From sequence record NC_070984.1: a DNA stretch of 64,000 bases; one strand, written 5' to 3'. Under the pieces are notes generated by a model. The model searched no databases, was not told the origin of the DNA, and saw nothing but the letters and a program-made list of their open reading frames with translations. Every line of letters begins with the position of its first letter. Positions within the stretch are counted from its first letter, which is position 1. A program made the position numbers and the translations under genes. The stretch is from Escherichia phage ES17. Of this stretch, positions 22,389-31,888 are shown in pieces.

Positions 22389-23135
22389 TCAGAAAGGCGA
22401 ATCGTTATCATCTTCATAAGTAGAAGCAGGCTCTTTATCAATCGTAGGAATTGAAGGAGTAGCTTCTTTCTGTTCTGTTTCAGAAGCACGAGTAATTTCA
22501 CGACCAGCCAGAGGCATGTTCTTAGCGTCATTAGCTTGAGTAAGCAGATTGCGCTGGAACGGGAACATCAGTTGATAAGATGCTACGTTCTCGTCGGTTT
22601 CAGCATACGGTTCGAAGAATACCAGAGGACTACGAGCTTCACCAACTGCTGCACGATATTTAGTTGGGATTGGAGAAATGGTCTTGATGGAGTTTTTAAC
22701 TTCACCAGCTTTGTTAGTGTAAGAGTTAACCAGAATGTTAACAGGCTGACCTAACAGAACATCCTTGAACCAAGACAGATCACCTTTCAGTGCTTGAATA
22801 CTTGGGTCAACCATCTTGCAAAGATCAAGAATACCAGAGTTCTTAGCTCGTGGGTTTACATCATAGCTCTTGAACTGGCAAGCCGGACGTGGTTCTAATG
22901 CCTTACCATCGGAATCTTTACCAGTAGCATCAACACCAATCAGCTCGAAAGCTAAATCCATACGGAAAGCCGGATTCTTAGGAGTTACTGCTTTGGTCTT
23001 CGGGTCAATCCAAGGGTCACGATTGTGAACACCCAAACCTACTACACGAACGATACGTGCTTCGTATTCACCATCAGGGATTACATCGTAGTTGGATTTA
23101 CGGGAAGAAGTTGCGATAGTTGGAATCATAGACAT
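22389..23135 (-). CDS. ssDNA-binding protein (T7 gp2.5-like)
   Basis: 248 aa with acidic C-terminal tail ending YEDDNDSPF; own promoter motif upstream and terminator downstream. Confidence 0.5.
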   Translation of the reverse strand: MSMIPTIATSSRKSNYDVIPDGEYEARIVRVVGLGVHNRDPWIDPKTKAVTPKNPAFRMDLAFELIGVDATGKDSDGKALEPRPACQFKSYDVNPRAKNSGILDLCKMVDPSIQALKGDLSWFKDVLLGQPVNILVNSYTNKAGEVKNSIKTISPIPTKYRAAVGEARSPLVFFEPYAETDENVASYQLMFPFQRNLLTQANDAKNMPLAGREITRASETEQKEATPSIPTIDKEPASTYEDDNDSPF

Positions 23136-23194
23136 AGTGTAATTTCCTTATTTAATTTGAAAGATTGTTGCTCTCTTTGAGCGGTTATGTATAA

Positions 23195-23203
23195 TATACA
23201 TTA
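23195..23203 (-). promoter_or_regulatory. TAATGTATA promoter motif upstream of SSB gene
   Basis: Minus-sense ATGTAATGTATATTATAC about 60 nt upstream of ATG 23135. Confidence 0.5.
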
Positions 23204-23386
23204 CATATATAGTGTAGGAACTACCGGAAGGTAGTAGGTTTTGTCCAAACAAAAGTCTCTTTAGAATTATTTGTTGGAGATTGTCTCTTATAAACCCGAG
23301 ACTGCCTAGCAGTTACATAAGCTCTAGCTTTTTCTGTAGCTGCATACTTATGGTTAAATTTCATGGTAGTATATCTCTAAGTGCTA

Positions 23387-23395
23387 TAATGTATA
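23387..23395 (+). promoter_or_regulatory. Orphan plus-strand TAATGTATA motif with no plus-strand gene downstream
   Basis: GCTATAATGTATATAAG; faces an AT-rich, repeat-containing 300-bp non-coding stretch. Confidence 0.35.
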
Positions 23396-23827
23396 TAAGT
23401 TATAGCTGATAAAGTTATTGCACGGGACTGACGACGATAAGGCGCAGACGACAATCTCTCATAAGTTTGTAAGAAATTGAGAGACTACCGGAAGGGCAGG
23501 AGCCACCTGCGAGATAAAAATAGAGAATTAAGGAATCCTTGATTTAGGTTGTAGGGACTCCTAGGGACTTTGATTCTCTATTTAAAAGAATATTAATTAC
23601 TTATTACCTAAATAATTAACTAACTTACTTAAACCAAATTCAATAAGAATAGATAAAAAGATTATTCCTAAGAAAGCTAAAAAGTAAAGGATATAAGTTA
23701 CCATTCAAGTAAACCTTTAAAGTTAGATTTTTCTACTATCCTCTGATAACGAAGATTAGAATCAGCTTGTTTCTTTAACATCTCATTATATTGATCTCTG
23801 ATAGAGTCTTTATGTACTACAGGTTCT

Positions 23828-24331
23828 TTAAATAACGAGATCTTGTTCTTTTCTTCTTTCATCAAAGACCTTCCTAATCTCTTGCAGAGAAACAGCTTTA
23901 TAGTTAATTTGCTCCATTGATGTACAGAAATATCTCCAATCATCAATTACGTGGTTATGAGTATGAGCATAAATATTAAACTTCCCTCTCATCTCATCAG
24001 TGTGAATAGGAATATGAGTTACCCAAAACTCTTTATATTTATAATCACCAGAGATTCTACGGAAGACTTTCATCATATCAGGGAGAAGTTCTAACCTGTC
24101 ATGGTTCCCTAAGACTAGATGCTTCTCTCCTCTTACTTCAGCGATGATATCAAGGGCATACTTTTCAAACACCCAATCACCGGTAAAGAAGATTTTATCA
24201 CGTTTAGTTACATGATCAAATGCAGCTAGGATTGCTTTGTCATGTTCTTCGATGGTTTTAAATTGCTTACGAAAACTACAGATGTTGCGATGGCCTAAGT
24301 GACCATCCCCTGCAAAATAAACTTCAGCCAT
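23828..24331 (-). CDS. Calcineurin-like metallophosphatase
   Basis: GDGHLGH ... GDWVF ... GNHD ... HTH motif series. Confidence 0.7.
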   Translation of the reverse strand: MAEVYFAGDGHLGHRNICSFRKQFKTIEEHDKAILAAFDHVTKRDKIFFTGDWVFEKYALDIIAEVRGEKHLVLGNHDRLELLPDMMKVFRRISGDYKYKEFWVTHIPIHTDEMRGKFNIYAHTHNHVIDDWRYFCTSMEQINYKAVSLQEIRKVFDERRKEQDLVI

Positions 24332-24340
24332 AAAGACCTC

Positions 24341-24556
24341 TTAGATAGTACACCCATCACAAGTTAAGTCACCTAGCAGGGACAGGGAAAGTAATCTGGA
24401 TTGCTCATCGCTGTATAGTTGATCAATCTCTTCTTTAAGTTTTGCCAACTCCATAAAGTTAATGAGCTGACCATGTTCGAGGCAGTATGTTTTTAGTACG
24501 AACAAAACTTCAGCGTTGGTTGAGTCTTCACTTGAGTATTTATCAATGTATTCCAT
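24341..24556 (-). CDS. Hypothetical protein
   Basis: 71 aa track ORF, co-oriented, tight spacing. Confidence 0.3.
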   Translation of the reverse strand: MEYIDKYSSEDSTNAEVLFVLKTYCLEHGQLINFMELAKLKEEIDQLYSDEQSRLLSLSLLGDLTCDGCTI

Positions 24557-24558
24557 TT

Positions 24559-24780
24559 TTATGCCACATCTCCTTGTTTGTTGTTAATAATATCCAGTGC
24601 TGTATAAGCTTTACCTGTTCCTAAGTATTCCAAAACTGGAGGACTCTTCTTTTCTTCAGCGACTACATAAGGTGTGATCTTCCCTTTCAGTACAGCCTGA
24701 GATGCTTTAGCACTGTCTTCAGAGGTATGAATAGTAGTAAGCCCTTTCTTTCCAATTCTATAAGTGTGAACCCAAATCAT
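24559..24780 (-). CDS. Hypothetical protein
   Basis: 73 aa track ORF, co-oriented. Confidence 0.3.
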   Translation of the reverse strand: MIWVHTYRIGKKGLTTIHTSEDSAKASQAVLKGKITPYVVAEEKKSPPVLEYLGTGKAYTALDIINNKQGDVA

Positions 24781-24940
24781 TCTTCTTCCTCATATTCCCA
24801 ATTTCTTTCATAATATCCAGAGTTATAGTTTAGGGCGCACTTCTCGGCCTCTTCTATGTCGTCGGTGTTTAGGATATTCACCCACCCTCCAGCTTCATCA
24901 AAACCTTCTTCTTCCTCGTTAATCCATACACTATATTTCT

Positions 24941-25333
24941 TCATCGAATCACCAAAGGCTCTTCAGAGTACACAGGAGCGGCTATTTCTACAGGAGGTGC
25001 TGCCCTAAGGTCATTAAGTCTTACGCCCTTCAGCATACCGTCTAGGTGGTCCTTTTTGGGGATTCCAACAGGGAAGTCATCAATCCAGATATCGACGAAG
25101 AAGCCTAACTGTCGACACACCTCATCCTTCTGCACACCATTACAAAAGATGACAGGGATTTGCAGGGTCTCTGCATCATAGAGGATATCCACGTTATCAT
25201 AACCATTAGGCTCTGAGAAACGGAAAGTCACGAATCTTACATCATGTCCATACCCTTTCATCAATCCTATCACATCTCTCCACAGTCGTCTGTCTGCTGT
25301 GTAAGTGTCATCATAATCTAAACCAATATTCAT
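24941..25333 (-). CDS. HAD-superfamily phosphatase (nucleotidase-like)
   Basis: N-terminal MNIGLDYDDT (DxDxT motif I) and C-terminal WIDD; start moved to ATG 25333 because the terminator hairpin abuts the track TTG start. Confidence 0.5.
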   Translation of the reverse strand: MNIGLDYDDTYTADRRLWRDVIGLMKGYGHDVRFVTFRFSEPNGYDNVDILYDAETLQIPVIFCNGVQKDEVCRQLGFFVDIWIDDFPVGIPKKDHLDGMLKGVRLNDLRAAPPVEIAAPVYSEEPLVIR

Positions 25334-25349
25334 GTCAAACCCTTTAGAC

Positions 25350-25373
25350 AAGAAAAGCCGCCCGAAGGCAGCT
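25350..25373 (-). terminator. Intrinsic terminator (UUCG-type hairpin)
   Basis: Minus-sense AGCUGCCUUCGGGCGGCU + UUUUCUUGUCU. Confidence 0.6.
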
Positions 25374-25565
25374 TCTTATTTAACTGTTCACTTTAGCTTC
25401 AAGTGTTTCGTTTTCAATACTCAAGTCAATCACTACACCAGTAAGCTCAACGACTGCTTGGCGAAGGGCATCTTTACCCATAGAGTGTACTTGAGATAAG
25501 AAGAAAGCTTTACCTTCTTCAGTGGATAGGGTTTCTTTTAATTCAGAAGCAGTCATTGATATTCC

Positions 25566-25760
25566 TTATGTTATGTTATAAATTCGCATGATTGTACCAC
25601 CGGTTAGTTCAATTTCGGCAATCTTCTCATCTCGTTCTAAATCTGTATACACTAGCACATTCTCAAATACACCTGTTGCGTCAGTATAAAGGATGTTATA
25701 CTTCGGAGGTGGCTTACGGTAGATACCTTCCATCACTCTTTCTCCTCTCGTTCTTTCCAC
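25566..25760 (-). CDS. Hypothetical protein
   Basis: 64 aa track ORF. Confidence 0.3.
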   Translation of the reverse strand: MERTRGERVMEGIYRKPPPKYNILYTDATGVFENVLVYTDLERDEKIAEIELTGGTIMRIYNIT

Positions 25761-25916
25761 AGTTCAGCAAGTTCTAAATAAAACTCAGCTTCATCAGGAC
25801 GTCCTTGTTCATTACAGATGGCGCTCTGACGATAACACCAATCCGATGGCATCTCTTCCACTTCAATCTCCTTGTTACGAACCAATCAATAAGAATAGTT
25901 CATTCATCTTATTTAT

Positions 25917-26108
25917 TCACTCTACCAATGCAGGTACTTCTATCCTTTTAACTGTGAATGACTTGTTTGGAAACTTTCGAACTAGCTCTGCTGCTTTGGT
26001 TATTGCTAAGTTCTCTGTCTCAAAGATACACAGTTGACCATTTAATGCTACGAGAGTGGAGCCACCACTGTAGATGGCCCAAGATTGATAATAACCACGA
26101 ACACTCAT
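25917..26108 (-). CDS. Hypothetical protein
   Basis: 63 aa track ORF immediately downstream of polymerase gene. Confidence 0.3.
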   Translation of the reverse strand: MSVRGYYQSWAIYSGGSTLVALNGQLCIFETENLAITKAAELVRKFPNKSFTVKRIEVPALVE

Positions 26109-26116
26109 AACTCACC

Positions 26117-27961
26117 TTAGTGCGTATGCATCCAGTTAAGTCCAATCTGACAATCAGAGGCCAGAGGACATTCCATATTCAAATACTCACCAGCCTTCTT
26201 AACACAAAGCTCGGTGTGCTCTTTGAGTTTCTGTACATCGTTACGATTAACTGAGAACTGGCCCTCGTCGTGCATATCAATTACCTTAGCACAACGAACT
26301 CCATCCTTCTCAATCCACTTGTTAAGGAACATCATAGCGTATTTCATAACAACAGCACCAGCACATTGCAGGAGAGTGTTAAGTGCTTTATGAACCATAA
26401 CTTTACCAGTGGCATCTCGTCTCATTGTAATCTTACGACCATCAACACCAATCAAGTATCCTTGAGCAGCTTTCTCTGTCATACGATCAATGAGGATTGC
26501 AATACATGGGTTCTCTGCCAAGAAACGTGCTCGCATCACTGAACCTTCGTCAGCCCCACCACCTACAATTGAGCCAAGCTTAGCGTCGCCAGCACCGTAG
26601 TTGAATGCATAGATAAACGTTTTAGCATTGTCACGAGTAGGAAGACCAGCAAGTTTCTGGTTGTGGGAGTGGATATCACCTTCAAGGAGAATATCACGAT
26701 ACATAATAGCAGAAGCTAAACCACGTTCTGCCAGAGCTTTCTTAGCTGGGTTGTTCTCTTCAATTGCCTCAGCAAGCATATCCCTACACTCTTTAATGAG
26801 GTAGTGAGCGAGCATACGAAGTTCAAGTCCAGAACCATCATACCCTAAGAATACTTCTTTACCAGCGGGTATGTAATATTTGTAAGCACCTATAGGTTTA
26901 TCTTTCTTCCCCGGCTTACCTTTCTCGTAAATTACGTTAGTACCTTTTCGTATATAACAACCATCAGGAACAACGTTAGTAATAACGAAAGGACGAGAGT
27001 GATCACTGTCTGAGTTATAGTCAGACTCAAACAAACTGCGACACTCGTGACCAAACAGACCACGGGAGGGAATATTAACCACGATACGATGTTTGAATCG
27101 AAAAGTCGGCGTAGCGCAGCTGTTAGCTTCTGCCGAAAGTTTACCATCTTCGCGTTCCTTTGCTATGAGTCCACTGATAAGACCTAGCCTGTGAGCCGCT
27201 ACAACGCGTCTCTTAAGCAAACTTCCGACACTCCCTAGCTCACCCCCTAACCCTTCTTCAAGAGTCTCCTCGAGGTTTGTAGGAGCTGTAGGCCACTTGT
27301 TTGATGTGGCTAGTGCTTTCTTAATCTCATCAAACGTTACAGGATTACGGCGATTAGGGTTCAACCCCAAACCAAATACGTAAGCCTTCATGTAATTCTT
27401 AGTCTTAAACCTGAAATGCTTTTCTAAGAACTTCTTAATATCAGCGTCAACCATCTCGGCTGTCTGCTTCTGCTTAGCATTGCCTCGCATCCAAGCAGTA
27501 TACCATGCTTGGTACGTTCCATACTTTCTCATATCTTTCTTGATTTCGAAAGTATTCCAAGGCTTCTTAGATACGTTAAACTCTGGAGGAAGAAAGCCTT
27601 CATCCATAAGAGCTTCTTTAACTCGTGCATCTTTCGATGGGTCAAAGTCTACGTATTCGACACAGGTGAAAGCTCCACCAATATCTTCTCTCTTCAGCCC
27701 AACCCTATCACAATAGGCTTGAGGCCACTTCTGCAAAGCTCCAGACTTCTTAAACGGCTTCATATAAGTAGAGCCATCTAATCTCATCTTAGGTAAGAGA
27801 GGAATCAACTCTCTGTCAATATTAACAATAATCTCTTTAAGGAGGTGAACATACCACCGAGCATTTCTTCGGTTGAAACTCACTCCGTGCTTTGCTTGCT
27901 TAGAGATTATATCAGCGACAGTCATCTCTGTCAAAAATGGAAGAGCGTCCGGGTTGCTCAC
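26117..27961 (-). CDS. DNA polymerase, family A, T7 gp5-like polymerase domain (no exonuclease domain)
   Basis: Motif A FLGYDGSGLELRMLAHYL, motif B PTRDNAKTFIYAFNYGAGDAKLG, motif C VIDMHDEGQF; near-identical spacing to T7 gp5 C-terminal half. Confidence 0.85.
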   Translation of the reverse strand: MSNPDALPFLTEMTVADIISKQAKHGVSFNRRNARWYVHLLKEIIVNIDRELIPLLPKMRLDGSTYMKPFKKSGALQKWPQAYCDRVGLKREDIGGAFTCVEYVDFDPSKDARVKEALMDEGFLPPEFNVSKKPWNTFEIKKDMRKYGTYQAWYTAWMRGNAKQKQTAEMVDADIKKFLEKHFRFKTKNYMKAYVFGLGLNPNRRNPVTFDEIKKALATSNKWPTAPTNLEETLEEGLGGELGSVGSLLKRRVVAAHRLGLISGLIAKEREDGKLSAEANSCATPTFRFKHRIVVNIPSRGLFGHECRSLFESDYNSDSDHSRPFVITNVVPDGCYIRKGTNVIYEKGKPGKKDKPIGAYKYYIPAGKEVFLGYDGSGLELRMLAHYLIKECRDMLAEAIEENNPAKKALAERGLASAIMYRDILLEGDIHSHNQKLAGLPTRDNAKTFIYAFNYGAGDAKLGSIVGGGADEGSVMRARFLAENPCIAILIDRMTEKAAQGYLIGVDGRKITMRRDATGKVMVHKALNTLLQCAGAVVMKYAMMFLNKWIEKDGVRCAKVIDMHDEGQFSVNRNDVQKLKEHTELCVKKAGEYLNMECPLASDCQIGLNWMHTH

Positions 27962-27977
27962 TTTATACTCCTTTAAA

Positions 27978-28391
27978 TTATTGGTAAAGTAAATCTGTAA
28001 ATGCTTGGTTATCTTCTACTACATCCAAGGATGTGGAATCAACAGCATATGTTCTCATTGCTGCATTTGTTTGTGCCCAAGTAGATTGAGAATAAGAAGA
28101 CCTAACTTCACGAGGCTGTTCTCGTACCAGATGAGCCACAACCCTCTGATTAGCAACTTCTTCTCTTTCTCTAATAGCTCTCTGAATGTAGGCCAGCTTC
28201 ATACCCCAAGCTTCTTCAAACTCTTGAGGGTGTTTATCGCTGATAACCACATACTGACGTTCAGGAATACCAGAGCGAATCTCTGATAATAATTCATGGA
28301 ACAAATCTAGTTCATGTTCAGTGAGATTCATTTCGATATCATCCCACTTGAGAACTAAGAAACGGTTTTGGTGTCTAGCTGGTAATGGCAT
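27978..28391 (-). CDS. Hypothetical protein
   Basis: 137 aa track ORF. Confidence 0.35.
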   Translation of the reverse strand: MPLPARHQNRFLVLKWDDIEMNLTEHELDLFHELLSEIRSGIPERQYVVISDKHPQEFEEAWGMKLAYIQRAIREREEVANQRVVAHLVREQPREVRSSYSQSTWAQTNAAMRTYAVDSTSLDVVEDNQAFTDLLYQ

Positions 28392-28554
28392 CCTACTCCA
28401 CCTCTACTTCAATGTAAGTTCTCTCACCGACGTCATCTTTTAAGACCCATGACTTGGCATCTTCTTCAGACTTAAAAGCTTTCACAACGCTGTAACCACC
28501 TTCCCATTCATCACCGAACCAGCGCTGTCCTACGTAAATGTATTCTTTCATTAC

Positions 28555-28839
28555 TCAACCTTTTGGGAGTGGCATCAAAAATTCCATAGCAGATTTAATC
28601 TCATTATTGATTCGTGAATCACGATAAGAGATAAACTTACCTTTGCTATCACGTAACATCACATGGGTTCTGGCTGTTTTGTGAGGGAGCAATGTGATAC
28701 TAGTTGGAATAGCATCAATCCCTACAGCGTATTTGTCAATAGTCTTACTTTCAGCCAACAGATAAGACCAAGTACGCGGTTTCTGCTCCGGGCGGTTAGG
28801 GTATGTGTCCCGAATTTGAACCATAGCTAACTTATTCAT
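28555..28839 (-). CDS. Hypothetical protein, tandem paralog A
   Basis: 94 aa; KTARTHVMLRDSKGKFISYRD...LMPLPKG parallels next gene. Confidence 0.4.
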   Translation of the reverse strand: MNKLAMVQIRDTYPNRPEQKPRTWSYLLAESKTIDKYAVGIDAIPTSITLLPHKTARTHVMLRDSKGKFISYRDSRINNEIKSAMEFLMPLPKG

Positions 28840-28840
28840 A

Positions 28841-29095
28841 TTAAACTCCTTTAGGGAATGGGATGAGATTTTCTACTGCAACACGGAAAGATTTTTCTAC
28901 GTTCTTATTCTTATAAGAGATAAATTTTCCATCAGCTCCTCGAAGGAGTACGTTAGTGCGAGCTGTATTTGGGTTTTGTTGAATCATAGAACGAATGATG
29001 TTCTCTGAACCTCTATGCTTATTGGTGAATTTCCAACTGATAGTTTTACCGGTACGAGTTACATCAATGATATTTACGATTTTTACAATAGACAT
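28841..29095 (-). CDS. Hypothetical protein, tandem paralog B
   Basis: 84 aa; NTARTNVLLRGADGKFISYKN...LIPFPKGV. Confidence 0.4.
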   Translation of the reverse strand: MSIVKIVNIIDVTRTGKTISWKFTNKHRGSENIIRSMIQQNPNTARTNVLLRGADGKFISYKNKNVEKSFRVAVENLIPFPKGV

Positions 29096-29138
29096 ATTTA
29101 TTACCTAAGAAGTTTAATTTGGTTTATATAAAAGAAAA

Positions 29139-29159
29139 GGCCACCTGATTAGGCAGCCT
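29139..29159 (-). terminator. Intrinsic terminator (G-U containing stem)
   Basis: Minus-sense GGCUGCC-UAAUCAG-GGUGGCC + UUUUCUUUU after stop at 29165. Confidence 0.5.
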
Positions 29160-29164
29160 TTGTT

Positions 29165-29458
29165 CTAGAGACGAAGCCAAGTTTGATAGTCAGCTTCAGT
29201 GTAATGGTTGTTTCGAGAGTTGTTTTTCATTTCCTTGAGAGTAGCTCTCAGGTCAATGTTATGCTCTCTCCTTGTTCTATTCGGGTCTGTATCTTCTAAT
29301 AGATGGGAGTGATCACTACAAGAGTAGTGCTTATAGTGGTCCCTGTATCCTCTACTTGGAGAATACTTGGTCATTAAAGTTGCAACTCTTTTTACACCCT
29401 CTGCTTTACAGAATTTACAATAAGTGTGAATTGTACATCTTTTTGTTTCTGCTGACAC
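29165..29458 (-). CDS. Cys/His-rich small protein (zinc-binding)
   Basis: CTIHTYCKFCKA ... HYKHYSCSDHSH. Confidence 0.35.
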   Translation of the reverse strand: MSAETKRCTIHTYCKFCKAEGVKRVATLMTKYSPSRGYRDHYKHYSCSDHSHLLEDTDPNRTRREHNIDLRATLKEMKNNSRNNHYTEADYQTWLRL

Positions 29459-29468
29459 TATAACCTCT

Positions 29469-29783
29469 TTATGAGCTTAAAGCTCCTTTGCGTGCTCCAG
29501 CTGCTTTTCCAGCTCGATCACCACTTTTGCCGCCGTTTGAACGGTTTGAGCTGACTGATTCAACACGTAAGTTGCTTGACGCATTAGAGCCTCCAGACTT
29601 GACAGCTCGTTTGTGTCCAACGTCTTTACCTCTGACAGCAGCTTTTCCATCGCGCTTTTCAACGATGCGACGTGCACGGTGGCGCTGAGCATCTCCGCTC
29701 TTGCTCCCAATTCCCGTTTCACCGCGCTTGATCGCAGTCCTTCTTTCTTGTGCATAGTCTCTTTTTCCTACATGATCTGCCAT
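29469..29783 (-). CDS. Highly basic Arg/Lys/Gly-rich protein
   Basis: Strong RBS CAGGAGAAATCTA-ATG; alternative-frame ORF 29477-29755 lacks RBS. Confidence 0.4.
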   Translation of the reverse strand: MADHVGKRDYAQERRTAIKRGETGIGSKSGDAQRHRARRIVEKRDGKAAVRGKDVGHKRAVKSGGSNASSNLRVESVSSNRSNGGKSGDRAGKAAGARKGALSS

Positions 29784-30112
29784 TAGATTTCTCCTGATTC
29801 TCTTTGATTAAAGGTGTGGATGGCGTGGCAATTAGCACACAATATCCTGCACTTCCTCATCTCTTCTTTTACTTGAGATAAAGATCTGGTGTGCCCTTTG
29901 GAGAGTTCGAATGACTTAGTTAATGGATTTAAATGATCAAACTGAAGAGCAGATGCGTGGCCCTTAAAGCCACACTCAGAGCATCCATAGAATGTTTTAA
30001 CTCTACGGATAAAAGCTAGTTGCCTAACTCTTCTTTTCTCGTTATCTGCCTTTCTCTTATCTCTATTTCCTGGGTCGGCCCATCTACACGAGTCATTGCA
30101 AAACCTCTGCAT
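29783..30112 (-). CDS. HNH endonuclease
   Basis: CSECGFKGH ... FDHLNP ... CANCH motif. Confidence 0.7.
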   Translation of the reverse strand: MQRFCNDSCRWADPGNRDKRKADNEKRRVRQLAFIRRVKTFYGCSECGFKGHASALQFDHLNPLTKSFELSKGHTRSLSQVKEEMRKCRILCANCHAIHTFNQRESGEI

Positions 30113-30200
30113 TATATACTTCGTTACAAATGGTACCTTACAGGTTTCACATTCCTTGTGGTATGTTGCTATTTGGACCCCCTTGTGTGAACTATAAGAA

Positions 30201-30650
30201 TCAACTCTCTTCTAGTATAATCCTGTACATTGCTTCCTGAGCATCTTTCATATCTACATATGGACCAAGCACCTCACTATCTTTTCTGATGAACCAATCA
30301 CCTTCTTTGAATATCAGAGATACGTGAACATCTTTATTATTTGCTTTGACTGCTCGCCCCCATGCTGGGTTATGTCGGGATAAATTATCAATATGACAAT
30401 TATCAGTGCGCCCATCCAGATGGTGTAAATAAGATTGAGGCCACTGGCCTGTCTCTTTATACCATACGGCTTTCTTCAATTCAACAATGCCACATGGTAG
30501 TCCTATGTATAGGATATTAGGCTGTAAGCTAAAATTATACCACTTAGATGTGAAAGGGATTAGAGGTTCCCTTTTGGTGAAAAACATCGGCCCCTCTCGA
30601 ATGTATTCTAGACTATCTATACACTTCAAAATCTTTTCACTATAAAGCAT
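30201..30650 (-). CDS. HNH-family homing endonuclease-like protein
   Basis: HHLDGRTDNCHIDNL fits the HH.DG...N....NL HNH pattern. Confidence 0.5.
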   Translation of the reverse strand: MLYSEKILKCIDSLEYIREGPMFFTKREPLIPFTSKWYNFSLQPNILYIGLPCGIVELKKAVWYKETGQWPQSYLHHLDGRTDNCHIDNLSRHNPAWGRAVKANNKDVHVSLIFKEGDWFIRKDSEVLGPYVDMKDAQEAMYRIILEES

Positions 30651-31390
30651 TAACTGTTTACCTTTTCCATAGCTTTAACAATAGCTTTACAGAAACCAGA
30701 ACGAACAATGTCATCCGATTCGCCGTCTACAATCTCAGCGAACTCATACAGATCATGTTCATCAATAAAGTTAGTAGCCCAAGTAAGACCGCTCTCACGA
30801 CCACGCATATCATGCTGGTTAGTATCACCCATGCAGAACAGCTGAGAGGTTTCTCCCAATCGAGTCATGATTGAGAAGGCTTCATCTTTAGTGGTGTTCT
30901 GGAACTCATCAACAATAACAATAGCATCATTGAAAGAACGACCACGGAGATATTCCAGAGGTACGAACTCGATGTTACTGTTACCGAGCTGGCATTCATA
31001 GAACCCCTTACCATATCGCTGAGTAATAACATCAATGATAGGCATCAGGTAAGGTTCAAACTTCTCACGCATTCCTCCCGGAAGTAACCCAAGAGAGTTG
31101 CCCATGCCGACAGAAGGGCGACTCAGAATGATCTTCTGAATCTTACCGCTCTTCAGTGCATCAATAACTGTGGAAGTGATTACAAAGGTCTTACCACAGC
31201 CCGCAGGAGCGTCTGTGAACACAACTTGTTTAGTCTTAATAGCATTGAGTAGCTCAGACTGAAACTGGTTCTGAGGGACTACAGGCTTTGCTAAAACCAC
31301 CTCTTCATACTCTCGCTTACCTTTACGAGTAACAAGTGCTTCCCGACGAAGGTCTTTCCGTGATTCTTTCCGTGATTGACGACGACTCAT
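30650..31390 (-). CDS. phoH: PhoH-like ATPase
   Basis: Walker A FTDAPAGCGKTFV, Walker B VIVDEFQN. Confidence 0.8.
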   Translation of the reverse strand: MSRRQSRKESRKDLRREALVTRKGKREYEEVVLAKPVVPQNQFQSELLNAIKTKQVVFTDAPAGCGKTFVITSTVIDALKSGKIQKIILSRPSVGMGNSLGLLPGGMREKFEPYLMPIIDVITQRYGKGFYECQLGNSNIEFVPLEYLRGRSFNDAIVIVDEFQNTTKDEAFSIMTRLGETSQLFCMGDTNQHDMRGRESGLTWATNFIDEHDLYEFAEIVDGESDDIVRSGFCKAIVKAMEKVNS

Positions 31391-31572
31391 TTACGCTCTC
31401 CAATTTCTTCGTAATGACACTCAGTAGTTAAGCAGTCTTTACAGATTGCTGTATAAACCCTGACGTTAGTAAATCGTTTGTTCTCCCCTTTGGTTGGAGA
31501 GCCTTTGGCAAGCTCTCTGATAACCTTGTTACTTAAATGAAGGTTTGTTCCTTCACATTTAGAGCACTTCAT
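31387..31572 (-). CDS. Zinc-ribbon mini-protein
   Basis: CSKCEG ... CKDCLTTECH four-Cys arrangement. Confidence 0.4.
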   Translation of the reverse strand: MKCSKCEGTNLHLSNKVIRELAKGSPTKGENKRFTNVRVYTAICKDCLTTECHYEEIGERK

Positions 31573-31888
31573 GGTTCATATCTTTATGAATCCTGTAAAC
31601 AGCTGTCGCCATACAAGCAACAGCCTCGTTGTGTGGGAGGTGCATCCCTGTAGAACCATCCCAATCTTTGAACTCATTGTCAAAGACTCCGGTAGGCTCT
31701 GGATATAGAGCTTGCAGCTCCACTAGATCATTAGCAACTTGTTGCCATTTATCATCAGACCAGATAGGGTCATCCAACCAGTAATACAAATAGGAATGGA
31801 TGATCAATTGCTTTCTATGCCGATTGATTACTTCAGCGGGACTTATCTCACTTCCATTTGAAGTCCTAAATGTATTACTGTCAATCAT
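31559..31888 (-). CDS. Stand-alone protein resembling NAD-dependent DNA ligase domain Ia
   Basis: HSYLYYWLDDPIWSDDKWQQVANDLVELQALYPE vs LigA [34 protein letters not shown] (from memory). Confidence 0.35.
   Translation of the reverse strand: MIDSNTFRTSNGSEISPAEVINRHRKQLIIHSYLYYWLDDPIWSDDKWQQVANDLVELQALYPEPTGVFDNEFKDWDGSTGMHLPHNEAVACMATAVYRIHKDMNHEVL

Noticed and set aside
22313-22531. 72-aa ORF overlapping the 3' end of the SSB gene and its terminator
   Set aside because: Spans the terminator hairpin and lies in a different frame from SSB; no RBS.
29477-29755. Alternative-frame 92-aa ORF overlapping 29469-29783
   Set aside because: No RBS and fully nested in another frame; the basic-protein frame has a strong RBS and a start abutting the upstream stop.
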